A stretch of 64,000 bases of DNA. It comes from Synechococcus sp. (lineage in GTDB: Bacteria; Cyanobacteriota; Cyanobacteriia; PCC-6307; Cyanobiaceae). Of the stretch, positions 63,070-64,000 are shown piece by piece (within the stretch, counting starts at the first letter, position 1; every line of letters starts with the position of its first letter). Location of the stretch: assembly GCA_047284725.1 (NCBI GenBank), contig JBJBEO010000001.1, positions 1,208,203 to 1,272,202 of the forward strand, read 5' to 3'. The position numbers and the translations under genes are program-made. A model generated the notes under the pieces. That model was given only the letters and a program-made list of their open reading frames with translations. It was not told the origin of the DNA and did not search any database.

Positions 63070-64000
63070 ATGGCTCGCAAGCTGCCGCTCACCGAGATCG
63101 TGGGCATGGCCCTCAAGACTTTGCGAGCCAATCGATTAAGAAGCAGCCTCACGATGCTCGGTATCGTGATCGGCAACGCGTCCGTGATCACGCTGGTCGG
63201 CGTCGGTCGTGGAGCTCAGAATCTGGCTGAAGATCAGCTCAGCAGTCTGGGAGCCAACGTGTTGTTTGTGGTGCCCGGCAACAATGACACCCGCCGCAGC
63301 GGTATCGCCGTCCCCAAGACTCTTGTCCTGGAGGATTCGAAAGCCATCGCAGATCAGGTCCCCAGCATCAAGCGGGTCGCTCCACAGATTGCGACAAGGG
63401 AGGTTGTTCAAGCTGGGTCGCGCAGCTCCAGCAGTTCAATCAATGGCGTTACGCCTGCATTCCTGCCGGTGAGAAGTTTTGAAGTTGCCAATGGCCGCTT
63501 CATCAGTGACCAGGACCTGCGGGCAGCACGGGCCGTCGTGGTGATCGGCCCTGATCTACGGGACAAATTGTTTCCATCCGGTCAAGCGATCGGTGAAACC
63601 CTGCGGATCAAGGATCAGAGCTTTGATGTCATCGGAGTGATGGCACCCAAGGGAGCCGTGTTTGGCAACAACCAGGATGAGGATGTGTACATCCCCCTGA
63701 GCACGATGGTGAGCCGGCTGACCGGACGCGATTCCACCTACGGAGTCAGCCTCAGCTTCATCAGTGTTGAGGCCAACAACGAAGCCAGCACCGGACCTGC
63801 CAAATTTCAGATCACCAATCTCCTGAGACAGCGTCATCGCATCCTTCGCGATGACGATTTCACTGTGCGCTCTCAGAAGGATGCGCTCACAATCGTGAGC
63901 ACCATCACCGGAGGACTCACCCTGATGCTGGCGGCCATTGGGGGTGTCTCCTTGCTGGTGGGCGGGATCGGCATCATGAACATCATGTTGGTGTCGGTGA
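63070..64000 (+). CDS. MacB/FtsX-like ABC transporter permease, partial (runs off the window)
   Basis: My translation from ATG 63070: MARKLPLTEIVGMALKTLRANRLRSSLTMLGIVIGNASVI...SLLVGGIGIMNIMLVSV; absent from the ORF track because there is no stop in the window. Confidence 0.92.
   Translation, partial: MARKLPLTEIVGMALKTLRANRLRSSLTMLGIVIGNASVITLVGVGRGAQNLAEDQLSSLGANVLFVVPGNNDTRRSGIAVPKTLVLEDSKAIADQVPSIKRVAPQIATREVVQAGSRSSSSSINGVTPAFLPVRSFEVANGRFISDQDLRAARAVVVIGPDLRDKLFPSGQAIGETLRIKDQSFDVIGVMAPKGAVFGNNQDEDVYIPLSTMVSRLTGRDSTYGVSLSFISVEANNEASTGPAKFQITNLLRQRHRILRDDDFTVRSQKDALTIVSTITGGLTLMLAAIGGVSLLVGGIGIMNIMLVSV

Noticed and set aside
1204..63837. Many long alternative-frame ORFs (e.g. 3301-4044, 6060-6818, 10746-11420, 17481-18371, 21388-22107, 33132-33869, 57208-58005)
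   Set aside because: They are antisense or off-frame shadows of well-supported genes, expected at high GC, with no recognisable motifs
1..64000. HIP1 (GCGATCGC) enrichment
   Set aside because: Only scattered copies noticed by eye; no evident over-representation, though not formally counted

Overview
Gene-dense, core-genome-like window from a picocyanobacterium. Gene content and order (metH-ilvE-cobN, uvrC, coaD, leuS, pgi, dnaK-dnaJ, pstCAB, tRNA-Ser, htpG, ggpS plus a sugar ABC transporter, psaK, dxs, ilvA, pyk) point to a marine Synechococcus; this is inferred from recognised protein families, not from a database search. About 60 CDS, one tRNA-Ser(GGA) and several intergenic hairpins are supported. 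I see no integrase, transposase, CRISPR array, prophage, defence system or obvious pseudogene. The best leads are: (i) a hypothetical protein with lysozyme/lytic-transglycosylase-like motifs convergent with an amidase; (ii) a Cys-rich C-terminal extension on DapF whose gene overlaps a cysteine desulfurase gene; (iii) an apparently Fe-S-less bacterial (6-4) photolyase in a UV-repair gene run; (iv) a lower-GC ggpS/ABC transporter block; (v) a pyruvate kinase lacking the C-terminal PEP-utiliser domain. Several start codons were moved from the longest-ORF call to a more plausible downstream start; these choices are inferences.
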